Assembly: GCA_902779035.1 (NCBI GenBank)
Contig: CACZAH010000001.1
Location: 24,591-88,590, forward strand
Length of the DNA stretch: 64,000 nucleotides
DNA from: an uncultured Erysipelotrichaceae bacterium
Lineage (GTDB): Bacteria > Bacillota_I > Bacilli_A > RF39 > UBA660
Reading direction: 5' to 3'
Numbering within the stretch: the stretch's first letter is position 1; every line of letters starts with the position of its first letter. Below the pieces are notes generated by a model. It saw nothing but the letters and a program-made list of their open reading frames with translations. It did no database searches and was not told the DNA's origin. The translations under genes were made by a program, and so were the position numbers. This document shows, in pieces, positions 9,668 to 19,600 of this stretch.

Positions 9668-10018
9668 ATGAATAATAATATTGTATTTGATAACGATAAT
9701 AATTCTGATTCAAATGCAGAATTATTAAAGAACAATACTCCTAATACAGTAAACTATAATGAATTATATAATACCAATAATTATCAGAATATGGTAAATG
9801 GTATTAATGACAGTATAAGTAATAATAACCAAAATATGGTTAATAATAATATTGCAAACAATATAGCAAATACACAAAGCGAAATAAATAATCAAGAAAA
9901 TAATACTAAAAAAAAGAAAGGCATGGATAGTCTTCTCTTTGTATTTTTATTATTTATTATCATTTTGGGTATAATTATATTTTTATTTCCATTACTTAGC
10001 AAATACTTATTGGGATAA
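9668..10018 (+). CDS. Hypothetical Asn-rich protein with a C-terminal TM anchor
   Basis: 116-aa ORF preceded by aaggaggt. Low-complexity N-rich head and LLFVFLLFIIILGIIIFLFPLL tail. Confidence 0.5.
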   Translation: MNNNIVFDNDNNSDSNAELLKNNTPNTVNYNELYNTNNYQNMVNGINDSISNNNQNMVNNNIANNIANTQSEINNQENNTKKKKGMDSLLFVFLLFIIILGIIIFLFPLLSKYLLG

Positions 10019-10140
10019 ACTAAACTCAGAACCACTTGATTTTTAAAAATAATTGTTGTAAAATACGTATATCAGCAAGGAAATATATAATTTTTTACAA
10101 TTTATGTTATATTTTTCTTGTAAATAGGATATAATAGTAT

Positions 10141-10248
10141 TGTAGATATTATTATATCTATACTTGGTCTGTTGGATTAATCCATATGATCAAACCCGTG
10201 TTGGCGCCAAGCGCCGCTTAAAAAGGTAACCTTTATGGTTGCTTTTTT
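10141..10248 (+). ncRNA. Candidate small structured RNA / orphan transcript end (unclassified)
   Basis: Three hairpins, in order: tagatat-tatt-atatcta; the palindrome tggattaatcca; the GC-rich ggcgc-caa-gcgcc (10203-10215). These are followed by a terminator-like stem aggtaacc/ggttgctt plus T6 (10224-10248). No downstream plus-strand gene. Confidence 0.2.
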
Positions 10249-10255
10249 AATTTTC

Positions 10256-10927
10256 TTAAAATCTCTTCTTATTAATTTCTTTTAAAATCCTTCTTATTTC
10301 TTCAAAACCAAAAAAGTATTTCTCACTTTTGGAAAAAGAAAGTTTATTCTTATACTTATAATCATATTTATCAATATAGGTAAGCATATCAGAAACTTGA
10401 AACAATCTTTTTTCTTTTTGGTCGAAATGAATTCTGTGCTCAAAGCCATCAAATCTATAAAAAATGGAATCTAATATCGTTCCTAGAATCTCTTGTCCAT
10501 TATCATAGTACATAACTATTTTATCGAATTTACTAAAATAGTTTTCATGTTCTCTTATCATATTATTAATCTCAATTGATAATTTTTGTCTTAATATTCT
10601 AGCATTATCAGTATATTTTTTATCAACAATGATTGTTTTATATTTTACTGATATTCTTCGGGAGAACTGATATATTGAATTAAAAATACTCTTTCTCTTT
10701 GAAATATCAAAACCTCGATAATCTCCCCTTCTCATTATTAAATCAGCCATATGAATCATTTTCGTATAGCCTAATTTTTCTAACCTACTATTAAGTTTAT
10801 TAATTTGGGGCATAATATCTATATCTTGTTCATGAAAAGTAAATGAAATACCATATAATTCTGATGATTCATTACCAAAACCAAATTCTCCAGTTTCATC
10901 TACAAATATATTAAGTTTTTTCATCAA
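10256..10927 (-). CDS. DUF3800-like protein
   Basis: 223 aa with N-terminus LNIFVDETGEFGF, which resembles the DUF3800 signature (IFIDESG). Not verified by HMM. Confidence 0.6.
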   Translation of the reverse strand: MMKKLNIFVDETGEFGFGNESSELYGISFTFHEQDIDIMPQINKLNSRLEKLGYTKMIHMADLIMRRGDYRGFDISKRKSIFNSIYQFSRRISVKYKTIIVDKKYTDNARILRQKLSIEINNMIREHENYFSKFDKIVMYYDNGQEILGTILDSIFYRFDGFEHRIHFDQKEKRLFQVSDMLTYIDKYDYKYKNKLSFSKSEKYFFGFEEIRRILKEINKKRF

Positions 10928-10970
10928 TTACCCACCTCACAAAAATATATTATACACAATTTATGTTTAA

Positions 10971-11894
10971 TTATAACTCATTTGGACAACCAGATTTATA
11001 ATTAACATCATTAAATCCATATACTTTTCTACAATCGTTACATATTATAGCAATTTCATCTACACCATAAATATAGCGACCATCCCCTTTTTGAACAATT
11101 ATATTATTAGAATTACATTCTGGACATAAAACTTGGCCATCTTTATAAATATCTTTTTGTGTGCAATAATCTCTTACTATCTCATAACCATCACTATTAT
11201 ATTTAGGTGAGTATTCATCTTTGCCAAACACTTTAATCCTTCCAAACATAAATTCAACTTTATCAATTTGTTTCTCAGTATGATAATGCCCACAATACCA
11301 CTTATCATAATCTATAGTATCTTCTATTTTATCTAAGAAATGTTCCATAGATTTATCTACTTTAGTTTGATCTAATCCAGTCATAAATACTTCTCTAGGT
11401 TCGTATTTGTAAGGAGTAGTATGTGTTAGAACAATATCAAAATGTTTACCTTTAACTTTAGTTAATATATCATCCATTTCTTTAGGTGTTAACTGCTCAT
11501 TTTTAAACCATTGATATCCATACATTAATCTATATTCTTTATCAATAGAGTAAGCTCCACCTATTACTAAAACACTTTTATCATTGATATTGTAAACCTC
11601 TCCATCTTTGGCAAACACTAAGTTAGGATATTCATCTTCTATAAATACTTTTCCACTAAACATAATAGTTTCTTTATAAGTATCTATATTCTCAGGTCTT
11701 TCCTCATGATTACCTCTAATACAAAATAGCTTAATATTAAAACTACTCAAATATCCTTTTAATTTTTTATCATCATCATTAAGGAAATAATTTATTCCCG
11801 CATCACCCAATACAATTAACATATCATCTTCGTTATCTACTAAGTTATTTAATCTTTTAAAATCTCTATGTGTATCTCCAGTTATATATATCAT
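10971..11894 (-). CDS. Calcineurin-like metallophosphoesterase with a C-terminal Cys4 zinc ribbon
   Basis: Motifs ITGDTHRD, VLGDAGINY, IRGNHEERP, GGAYSIDK, THTTP and GHYH, followed by CPEC...CNDC. Confidence 0.8.
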   Translation of the reverse strand: MIYITGDTHRDFKRLNNLVDNEDDMLIVLGDAGINYFLNDDDKKLKGYLSSFNIKLFCIRGNHEERPENIDTYKETIMFSGKVFIEDEYPNLVFAKDGEVYNINDKSVLVIGGAYSIDKEYRLMYGYQWFKNEQLTPKEMDDILTKVKGKHFDIVLTHTTPYKYEPREVFMTGLDQTKVDKSMEHFLDKIEDTIDYDKWYCGHYHTEKQIDKVEFMFGRIKVFGKDEYSPKYNSDGYEIVRDYCTQKDIYKDGQVLCPECNSNNIIVQKGDGRYIYGVDEIAIICNDCRKVYGFNDVNYKSGCPNEL

Positions 11895-11966
11895 AATTAT
11901 ACCTTCAAAAAATAGTTAGTTCTTATCACTAACTATTATATCATGAATATGCACTTATAGTATATA

Positions 11967-12746
11967 TCATTCGATAATTAATTCCTGACCTATACTTAAC
12001 AAATTACTAGTTAAATTGTTAAGTCTTTTTATTGTATCTACTGTTGTATTAAACTTACTTGCAATTGAATATAAAGTATCTCCTAGTTTTACAATATACT
12101 TATTAATAACAGATTCTTTTAACTTAAGAACTTGCCCTACTCTAAGCACATCACTTGTAAGGTTATTAAGTTCTCTAATTCTATCTATACTTATATTGTT
12201 CTTTCTTGCAATTGAATATAATGTATCTCCTCTAGATACTGTATAAGTATCACTATCAGTATTATTACCGTTTGGAACAATTAAATTAGTTCCTACCTTT
12301 AATAAATTATTTGATAAATTATTCAACCTTTTTATCTCATTAACTGTTGTATCGAATTTTTTAGCAATACTCCATAGAGTATCACCTGATACTACTTTAT
12401 AAGTTCCATCAGCGCTAGGAATACTAGGATTAGTATTTTGATTGTATGGTATATTTAAGTACTCGCTTACAGCTTTAACTACAGCCTCTGCATAATTCTG
12501 CCAGTTATTCTTTAGTTGGTTTACATCATCCAACTTACTATCTAAAAATCCATATTCAACAATTAATGCATCAGTATTACCAGTATTTCTAAGCATAAAA
12601 TAATAGTCTTTACTAGGATCAGATGGTAATCTTCTAACATATGCTTTTCTAATGTTTTGTCCTTCATCCTTTAAATTGTTTAAAATAAGATTAGGTAGTC
12701 TATCTGTTCCACGAAGTGCATATATTACTTCAGCTCCATCACCACC
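11967..12746 (-). pseudogene. 3' part of a split N-acetylmuramoyl-L-alanine amidase (amidase_3) gene plus three LysM repeats
   Basis: The reading frame is open from 12743 (GDGAEVIYALRGTDRLPN...FMLRNTGNTDALIVEYGFLDS) with no start codon of its own. Three LysM repeats follow (YKVVSGDTLWSIAKKF.., YTVSRGDTLYSIARKN.., YIVKLGDTLYSIASKF..). The matching N-terminal half lies at 29872..29609. Confidence 0.85.
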
Positions 12747-12767
12747 AGGCGATAATCAATGTGTAAC
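12747..12767. repeat. Element-side arm of attL (P' half-site)
   Basis: aggcgataatcaatgtgtaac. Its reverse-complement partner is at 29589-29609 (18/21 identical). Confidence 0.75.
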
Positions 12768-13538
12768 GTTTTTATATTCTTCTAAAAGTAACTTTAAATC
12801 TCTTTCTCTTCCAACAACAAAATTTGGACTTGCATTATAAGTTGCTTTAAAAGTTTGTATATTTTCTTCTAAAATTATGTTTTGATCCTCAATTGTAGTA
12901 ATAAATACATCGTCTTGTAATTTAAGAATATTTTTTATTGAATTTTTTTTACAATAACGAACAGCAATATTAGGAGTTAAAATAATCGTAACAATATAAT
13001 AATCTGATGAGTCTTTGTTTAAAACAGAAGTAGCACTGTTTATAACATAGCCATTATCTGTATTATTAAAGACAATACAAATGCCCATTTCCTCTGTAAG
13101 TTTAGTGATTAATCTAGTTCTATCCTCTTCATCAATAAACATATTTTTCAGCGCTTTAATAGGCAAAAAAGCATTAAATTTATCTTTTATTTTTTGCATT
13201 AAAAAATCACTTCTTAACCATTGATATGCTAGGTATTTAGTTAATGTTTCCTTATCTTTCTTTGATAATATAAAATCAGTTTTATTATTAATTCTATGGT
13301 TTTCTAATTTTACAATTACATTGCCTATTTTTTCTTCTGAATTTGATTTTAATTTTTGTTCATTTTTATAAGTATAATATCCTAACTCTCTATTAAATTT
13401 TCTTGCTGTTTCTTGCTTTATTTTCATATTTTCTATATCAATATAACTAATCCAGTATTTTTTATTTTTATCTTGAAATGAAAATCTTTTTAAAATACTT
13501 TCTGCTAAATATATATGTGAATTAATTTTTCTATCCAT
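12756..13538 (-). CDS. Hypothetical protein, possibly DUF4238-like; terminal gene of the element
   Basis: 260 aa with N-terminus SHIYLAESILKRFSF, loosely similar to the DUF4238 HYVPxFYLxxF motif. Its last five codons and stop (NVTH*) lie inside the attL arm. Confidence 0.4.
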   Translation of the reverse strand: MDRKINSHIYLAESILKRFSFQDKNKKYWISYIDIENMKIKQETARKFNRELGYYTYKNEQKLKSNSEEKIGNVIVKLENHRINNKTDFILSKKDKETLTKYLAYQWLRSDFLMQKIKDKFNAFLPIKALKNMFIDEEDRTRLITKLTEEMGICIVFNNTDNGYVINSATSVLNKDSSDYYIVTIILTPNIAVRYCKKNSIKNILKLQDDVFITTIEDQNIILEENIQTFKATYNASPNFVVGRERDLKLLLEEYKNVTH

Positions 13539-13610
13539 TTTTACTTCTTTCTAATATATAAGTAGTTTATCTATTTCTATGTTTACTTTGTTCCAATTGG
13601 AACAAAGCTT

Positions 13611-15200
13611 TTAAATACTATTTAATATACTAAATTTGTAAATTATTTCAATATTTTTATCTTTATCTATAACTATTTTATCAATGATTGTTTGTATTAA
13701 TTCTCTTGTAGGATTTTCGATATCAATTAAAGATTTTATTTTATCTTCGTATTCTTTTAAATTATCAGTCTTGTTTTTTATCACTTTAGTATCAGTTTTT
13801 AATTTACTTATTTCAGTTCTTAATTTACTTAATAAAACTTCTGTATCATTAGCAATTCTTTTATACATTTCATCTGACACTAAACCTTTAAATTTATCTT
13901 CATAAAGCATATCAAGTTTATTCAAATACTCTTTTTCTTTATTCTCTAACACAGTTATTTTTTCTTTTATTTTAGAATCATTCTTTTTCTTATTATTAAT
14001 TTCACTTGCTATATCAGATATATTAACAACATCTAGATATTGTTTGCAAGTTTTTTTAATAACATCTAGTAAGGCCTGCTCTAGTTTATCATAAGGCATA
14101 AAATGTGGATAGCACATTTTTCTTTTTGGATCTCTCGAATATCTATTGCAATTAATAGTCCAATAGTCATGATTCTTTCTATAAGTAATAGTTAATGTAT
14201 TACCACATTCCTTACAATATAATAAATTTTCAAATAGTCTTTTTTCTCTTTTAGTATTATTAGTAATATTAGTTCTTTTCACATTATTTTGTACTTTTTC
14301 AAATATAATTCTATCAATGATTGGTTCATGAGTATTCTTAACAATACTCCAATTTGCTCTAGGTAGTGATTTTTTCTTTTTTGATTTATATGATACTTTA
14401 GTTTGAACACTTTGAACCATATCTCCAACATACATTTGGTTTTTAAGTATCTTTTTTATTGAAGATATTGTCCACATAGGATTATATTTATTATTAGCAT
14501 GAGAATTTTTTCTTTTAAGACTACTTGGTGTTTTAATTTTATTCTCATTTAGATAAGTTGTAATCTCAGATAAGCCTACCCCTTCATATGCCATATCAAA
14601 TATCTTCTTAACAACTGGTGCATATTCAGGATCTGGTATTAAGTGTCCTTTATCCTCTGGATCCCTTAAAAACCCATAACTTGGAGCACTACCAATAAAC
14701 TTACCATTTTTCCTTTTATCATTTAAAACATTTCTGATTTTAACTGAGTTTTGCTTACTATAATAATCATTACAAGCAATTATGAAAGTTGAAGAATCGT
14801 TACTTGCCTGATTTAAAGCATTGTCATAACCTTCTTGCATAGATATAAATCTTATTCCATTTTCAGGAAAGAAAGTTTCTACATAATATCCAGTCATAAC
14901 ATGATCTCTACCTAATCTTGATAAGTCTTTTACTATTACAAGATTGATAACTTTATTTTTGATATCTTCCATCATTTTATTAAATCCTGGTCTATCAAAG
15001 TCAGTGCCAGAAAAACCATCATCAACATATTCTGCTACAAAGATAAAACCTTTTTCTTTTACAAAATTCATTAGCATATTTCTTTGATTAAGGACACTCT
15101 CACTATCAGATTCGTAAGACTTTCCTTCATCTGCTTCAGATAATCTTATATATATTCCTGCTTTGTAAAACTTTGGCGTTTCTATTAAAGTGCTATACAA
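13611..15200 (-). CDS. Large serine recombinase (resolvase domain, recombinase domain, zinc ribbon, coiled coil)
   Basis: 529 aa with AGIYIRLSEADEG (catalytic Ser context), VDDGFSGTDFDRPGF, VIVKDLSRLGRD, a Cys motif CKECGN...C and a C-terminal coiled coil rich in K/E/L. Confidence 0.9.
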   Translation of the reverse strand: MYSTLIETPKFYKAGIYIRLSEADEGKSYESDSESVLNQRNMLMNFVKEKGFIFVAEYVDDGFSGTDFDRPGFNKMMEDIKNKVINLVIVKDLSRLGRDHVMTGYYVETFFPENGIRFISMQEGYDNALNQASNDSSTFIIACNDYYSKQNSVKIRNVLNDKRKNGKFIGSAPSYGFLRDPEDKGHLIPDPEYAPVVKKIFDMAYEGVGLSEITTYLNENKIKTPSSLKRKNSHANNKYNPMWTISSIKKILKNQMYVGDMVQSVQTKVSYKSKKKKSLPRANWSIVKNTHEPIIDRIIFEKVQNNVKRTNITNNTKREKRLFENLLYCKECGNTLTITYRKNHDYWTINCNRYSRDPKRKMCYPHFMPYDKLEQALLDVIKKTCKQYLDVVNISDIASEINNKKKNDSKIKEKITVLENKEKEYLNKLDMLYEDKFKGLVSDEMYKRIANDTEVLLSKLRTEISKLKTDTKVIKNKTDNLKEYEDKIKSLIDIENPTRELIQTIIDKIVIDKDKNIEIIYKFSILNSI

Positions 15201-15280
15201 GTTTTTCTACTCCTTTCTCTTTGTATAACAGATTAAAGCCAATTATATTGTACCATAAAGAACAATATATCGCCATTGTT

Positions 15281-15373
15281 CTACTCATTATCCATCACTC
15301 TTTTTATATAATTAGTTATCAACAAGGTTAAATCAGGAGAATCTTTTTTAAATGTTTCTATTATATTAAACAT
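15281..15373 (-). CDS. 30-aa ORF upstream of the recombinase (speculative directionality-factor candidate)
   Basis: Own translation: MFNIIETFKKDSPDLTLLITNYIKRVMDNE, with a good RBS (agaggtga, 3 nt, ATG). Too short for the supplied ORF track. Confidence 0.2.
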   Translation of the reverse strand: MFNIIETFKKDSPDLTLLITNYIKRVMDNE

Positions 15374-15414
15374 AAGTCACCTCTTTATAGTGTATGACTT
15401 TGTTAAACAATAAA

Positions 15415-15945
15415 TTATTCATCTCCTTTTGTTATTTCATTTATTAATGCTTCTAATTCTTTAAATTCCTCTTCACTCATAGGTTCTGATACTGTAGGTT
15501 TACCATTCCAAGATATGATATTACCTTCATCATCATATTCTATGACAAGACCTATATTTTTTCTTATATTATTATTTTTATTATATTGTTTAAAGTTTTC
15601 TTGATTACTGGCATTAAGATTTTCTTGTATATCTGATATCCTTTTTTTGAATACCTCTGATATAATAATTTTTCTTTTAGAATTATTCTTTTCTTTTTTA
15701 TCATATTTTAAAACAATATAACCATAATTAGATAAACTACTTATACTCTTTGATACTGTTTGCTTACTAACATTAAAACTATCACTAAAAAACTCGTTAG
15801 TAGCCCAGCAATATCCATACTTCTTACAAAGTGACAAAGTGTAAATTAATAGTAATCTTTCAAGTGGTGTTAAATTCTTATCTCCTAATATACTTGTTGG
15901 AAAAACTAATTTAATAAAAGTTTCAATATCTCTTTCCATATTCAT
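15415..15945 (-). CDS. Helix-turn-helix protein (phage/plasmid replication-organiser-like winged helix)
   Basis: 176 aa with LTPLERLLLIYTLSLC...GYCWATNEFFSDSFNVSKQTVSKSISSLSNYGYIV, typical of HTH_36-like proteins. Confidence 0.55.
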   Translation of the reverse strand: MNMERDIETFIKLVFPTSILGDKNLTPLERLLLIYTLSLCKKYGYCWATNEFFSDSFNVSKQTVSKSISSLSNYGYIVLKYDKKEKNNSKRKIIISEVFKKRISDIQENLNASNQENFKQYNKNNNIRKNIGLVIEYDDEGNIISWNGKPTVSEPMSEEEFKELEALINEITKGDE

Positions 15946-16196
15946 TGATATAAGATTACCTAATAGTTTATTCTTGTCAGTCTTTTAGAGCATAAGAAAA
16001 AGAACTGAACAAAGAATAGCACAGCAAATCTAGAAATACTCTAGTACTTCCCTTTAATTTTGGCACTTCATTTTTGTTAAGTTCTTTATAAGAACATTGC
16101 ATAAACTTCCTTTAGTAAAAGTCAACTTTTTTGAGTACACTCGTCGTACCCTAATTTAATTATAGCAAATTTTTACAAAAATTTCTAGTATGTTGC

Positions 16197-16550
16197 TTAA
16201 AAAAGCTTTTTGTTTAATATTGATTTAGGATTGTTATTCGCATACCATTTTAATAAAAATAGCACTAAAATCAATGAACAACTAATTAGTATATATATCC
16301 AATTAGTGATTATAAAAGTTACAAATTTAATCATAATTCCAAAAATAAACCATAATAACACAAATACTATAATTCTTATAGTCCAATGAGTGATGGAACC
16401 TAATTCACCTCTAAAACCAAGTTCTCCAACTATATTAAAGGCTATTATAAAAGCTAATGTGCCAACAATTGCCATAGCTATATAATTATAGAATGGATTA
16501 TCAAACAAAGAAAATGGTGATGTTATTAAATCAAAAATAAATCTTTTCAT
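16197..16550 (-). CDS. Hypothetical integral membrane protein (3-4 TM helices)
   Basis: Start chosen at ATG 16550 (MKRFIFDL...) because of the strong RBS aaaggaggg. Hydrophobic throughout. Confidence 0.55.
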   Translation of the reverse strand: MKRFIFDLITSPFSLFDNPFYNYIAMAIVGTLAFIIAFNIVGELGFRGELGSITHWTIRIIVFVLLWFIFGIMIKFVTFIITNWIYILISCSLILVLFLLKWYANNNPKSILNKKLF

Positions 16551-16648
16551 ATTCCCTCCTTTATATTTTTTTATTACAAAACAAAATAGAGCATATTCCA
16601 TCTTTAAAATGAAATATTGCTCTATTATTAAATATATTTTAACATTTT

Positions 16649-19600
16649 TTACATTTTATTACTAGATATACTAAAAAATTTATCAAAAAAATTCAATAAT
16701 TTATCAATAACTTTATTTTTCTTTTCTTGTCTATCATTAGTAGGTGTAAACATATTCATAGGTGGAAGTATTGTAGATATTTCAGTTCCATTTGTTTCTA
16801 CTCTACCCTGCTCAAAAGCTTTTTGAATAAAGCTATATGTTTCATCTTTATTTAGTTTTTCTTCACTTATTATCTTATCTAGTTCTTCCTTCTTTTTACT
16901 ATTCATAAATGATTCGAAATCAGCATATACATTTGAATTCTGATCTAACGAATCAATAAATGCCATGATTAAGTCCTTCTTATTTCTTAAGTCTGGACTT
17001 GCCATGATTGTTTTTTGAATAGTAACTAGTATCTCTTTATCTTCCATATTAGAATCATGATACTTTTTAACTAATCCTAAAATGTAATCTATATCAACTT
17101 CAATAGATTTAATAAGCTCCATTTCAAATACTACATCATCAGTAACATCTGTCTTCTCTTGCTTAGCCCTATTTCTAAACTCATTATATAGTTCAATATA
17201 AATACTATGATAGTCTTGTTTATCTCTTTCATTAATAAGTTCATCATCTTTGAACTCGTCAAAAGAAGATAAAATATTAGTTACTTTAAGAATAGCACCA
17301 TATAGTTTGATAAACTCTTTCTGATCTGCTTCACTTTGCATTAACTCACCGGGTGCGAATTTAGAAGTTAACTTTTCTACTAATGATTTATATCCCTCAA
17401 ATGTTTTACCATTATCATCCTCATATCCATAGTAGTAATCTTTATATGGTTTTAATAACACAACACCATGAGCTTGCTCATCTCCGAACTTAGCAAGGGC
17501 CTCATTTAATCTGTCTTCAAGATTTCTAAATGAAACTATATTACCATATGTTTTTACACTATTTAATATTCTATTAGTTCTAGAGAAAGCTTGAATTAAT
17601 CCATGCCACTTAAGGTTCTTATCAACCCATAATGTATTTAATGTTTTAGCATCAAATCCAGTTAAGAACATATTAGCAACAATTAATATATCAATCTCTC
17701 TATTCTTCATTCTTAAAGAAACATCTTTATAATAGTTTTGGAAACGTTCTGATGAAGTATCATAACTAGTACCAAACATCTTATTATAATCTTTAATAGC
17801 GTTATCTAAGAATGTACGATCATCATTACTTAATGCTTCAGTTGATTCAGAGTTCTCATCTATCACCCCATCTTCTCCATTAACACCATAAGAGTAAATT
17901 AAAGCTACCTTTAAATCGCTATTATTAAGTACTAACTCCTTCTTAAACTCAGCGTAATACTCCTTAGCCATCTTAATACTAGAAACAGCAAATATAGAGT
18001 TGAATCCATTTACATTCTTCTTAGATTTAATCTCTTCAGTATTTTGTTTCTTAGCAACATCTATTACATTATCTAATGTAGAATAAACATAACTTTCTGA
18101 AGTTTTTGTCTTAGTACTAAAATGATCAATAATATAATTAGTGATTAAATTAATTCTTATTTGATTATCAAATAACTTCTCTTCATCAATGTTATAAACT
18201 TTCTCATCCTTAACATCATCTGATATATCTACTCTACCAACATACTCGTATCTAAATGGTAATACATTCTTATCAGCAATAGCATTAACTATTGTATATG
18301 TATGTAATCTCTCCCCAAAGATTTGCTCAGTTGTTTCAGATACACCTTTAATAGTTCTAGCATTCTCTGGGAATATTGGTGTACCAGTAAACCCAAATAG
18401 ATAATACTTATTAAATTTCTTAATAATAGCTTTGTGCATGTCACCAAATTGAGATCTATGACACTCATCAAAGATAAATACTACATGTTTATTAAATACT
18501 TCACTATTCTCGTTCTTTTTAATAAATTGAGAAAGCTTTTGAATAGTAGTAATAATTATCTTAGCATTAGGATCGTATAATTGTTCCTCTAACACTTTAG
18601 TAGATGTATTAGAGTTTGCTGCACCTTTTTTAAAACGATCATACTCTTTCATTGTTTGATAGTCCAAATCTTTTCTATCTACAACGAATAATACTTTATC
18701 TATAAAGTCTAACTTACTAGCAAGTTGTGATGTCTTAAATGAAGTAAGTGTTTTACCAGAACCAGTTGTATGCCAGATATAACCACCTGACTTAATATCA
18801 CCATAGAACTTGTTATTATAGGCAATAGTTATTCTATTTAATATCTTCTCAGTAGCAACTATTTGATAAGGTCTCATAACAAGTAAATCTTCTTCACTTG
18901 TAAACACACAATACTTGGTTAAAACATTAAGTAAAGTATGTTTAGTTAAGAAGGTTTTAGTAAAATCAATTAAATCAGTTATACCATTATTCTTCTGATC
19001 TGCCCAATAAGAAGTAAATTCAAATGAATTGGACTTCTTTTTCTTTTGGTTATTAATATGAAACTCCCTAGTGGTATTAGAATAATACTTAGTTAAAGTA
19101 CCATTAGATATTACGAATATTTGAACAAAGTTATATAGACCAGATCCAGCCCAGAAGCTATCACGCTGATATCTTTCTATTTGATTAAAAGCTTCTCTAA
19201 GATCTACTCCTCTTTTCTTTAACTCTACATGTACTAAAGGTAAACCATTAACTAGAATAGTAACATCATATCTATTGTCATAATTACCTTCATTATTAAC
19301 ATATTGATTTAACACTTGAACACTATTATTATGAATGTTGTTCTTATCTATTAAATAGATATTTCTCTTAGCACCAGAATCAAGAGTAATCTCTTGTTTA
19401 TAGTCTTCTTGTATTAATCTTGTTTTCTCAATAATATAATCATTCTTATTAGCAATTACTTTAGTAAAAAAAGAATCCCATTCACCATCAGTAAAAGTAT
19501 AATTATTTAACTTTTCTAATTGTTTTCTTAAGTTAAGAATTAATTCATCTTCAGAGTTGATAGTTAATCTCTCATATCCTTGATCAACCAATGTCTTAAT

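Noticed and set aside
9668-10018. Repetitive aat/aac-rich DNA that superficially looks like a tandem repeat array.
   Set aside because: It is an Asn-rich low-complexity coding region with an RBS and a TM tail. It has no regular repeat-spacer periodicity, and no CRISPR-like array exists anywhere in the window.
12742-12748. An alternative reading of the element junctions as a transposon-like 7-bp target duplication (ccaccag at 12742-12748 and 29610-29616), or a crossover at the TC inside the inverted repeats.
   Set aside because: The 7-bp model gives NAGGDGAEV, one Gly short. It also leaves an unpaired t at 29609. The TC model gives an asymmetric attP and an odd NAGGGDSRLSPGGDGAEV insertion. 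The CC-core model gives symmetric 21-nt arms, a non-palindromic central dinucleotide and a scar-free NAGGGDGAEV.
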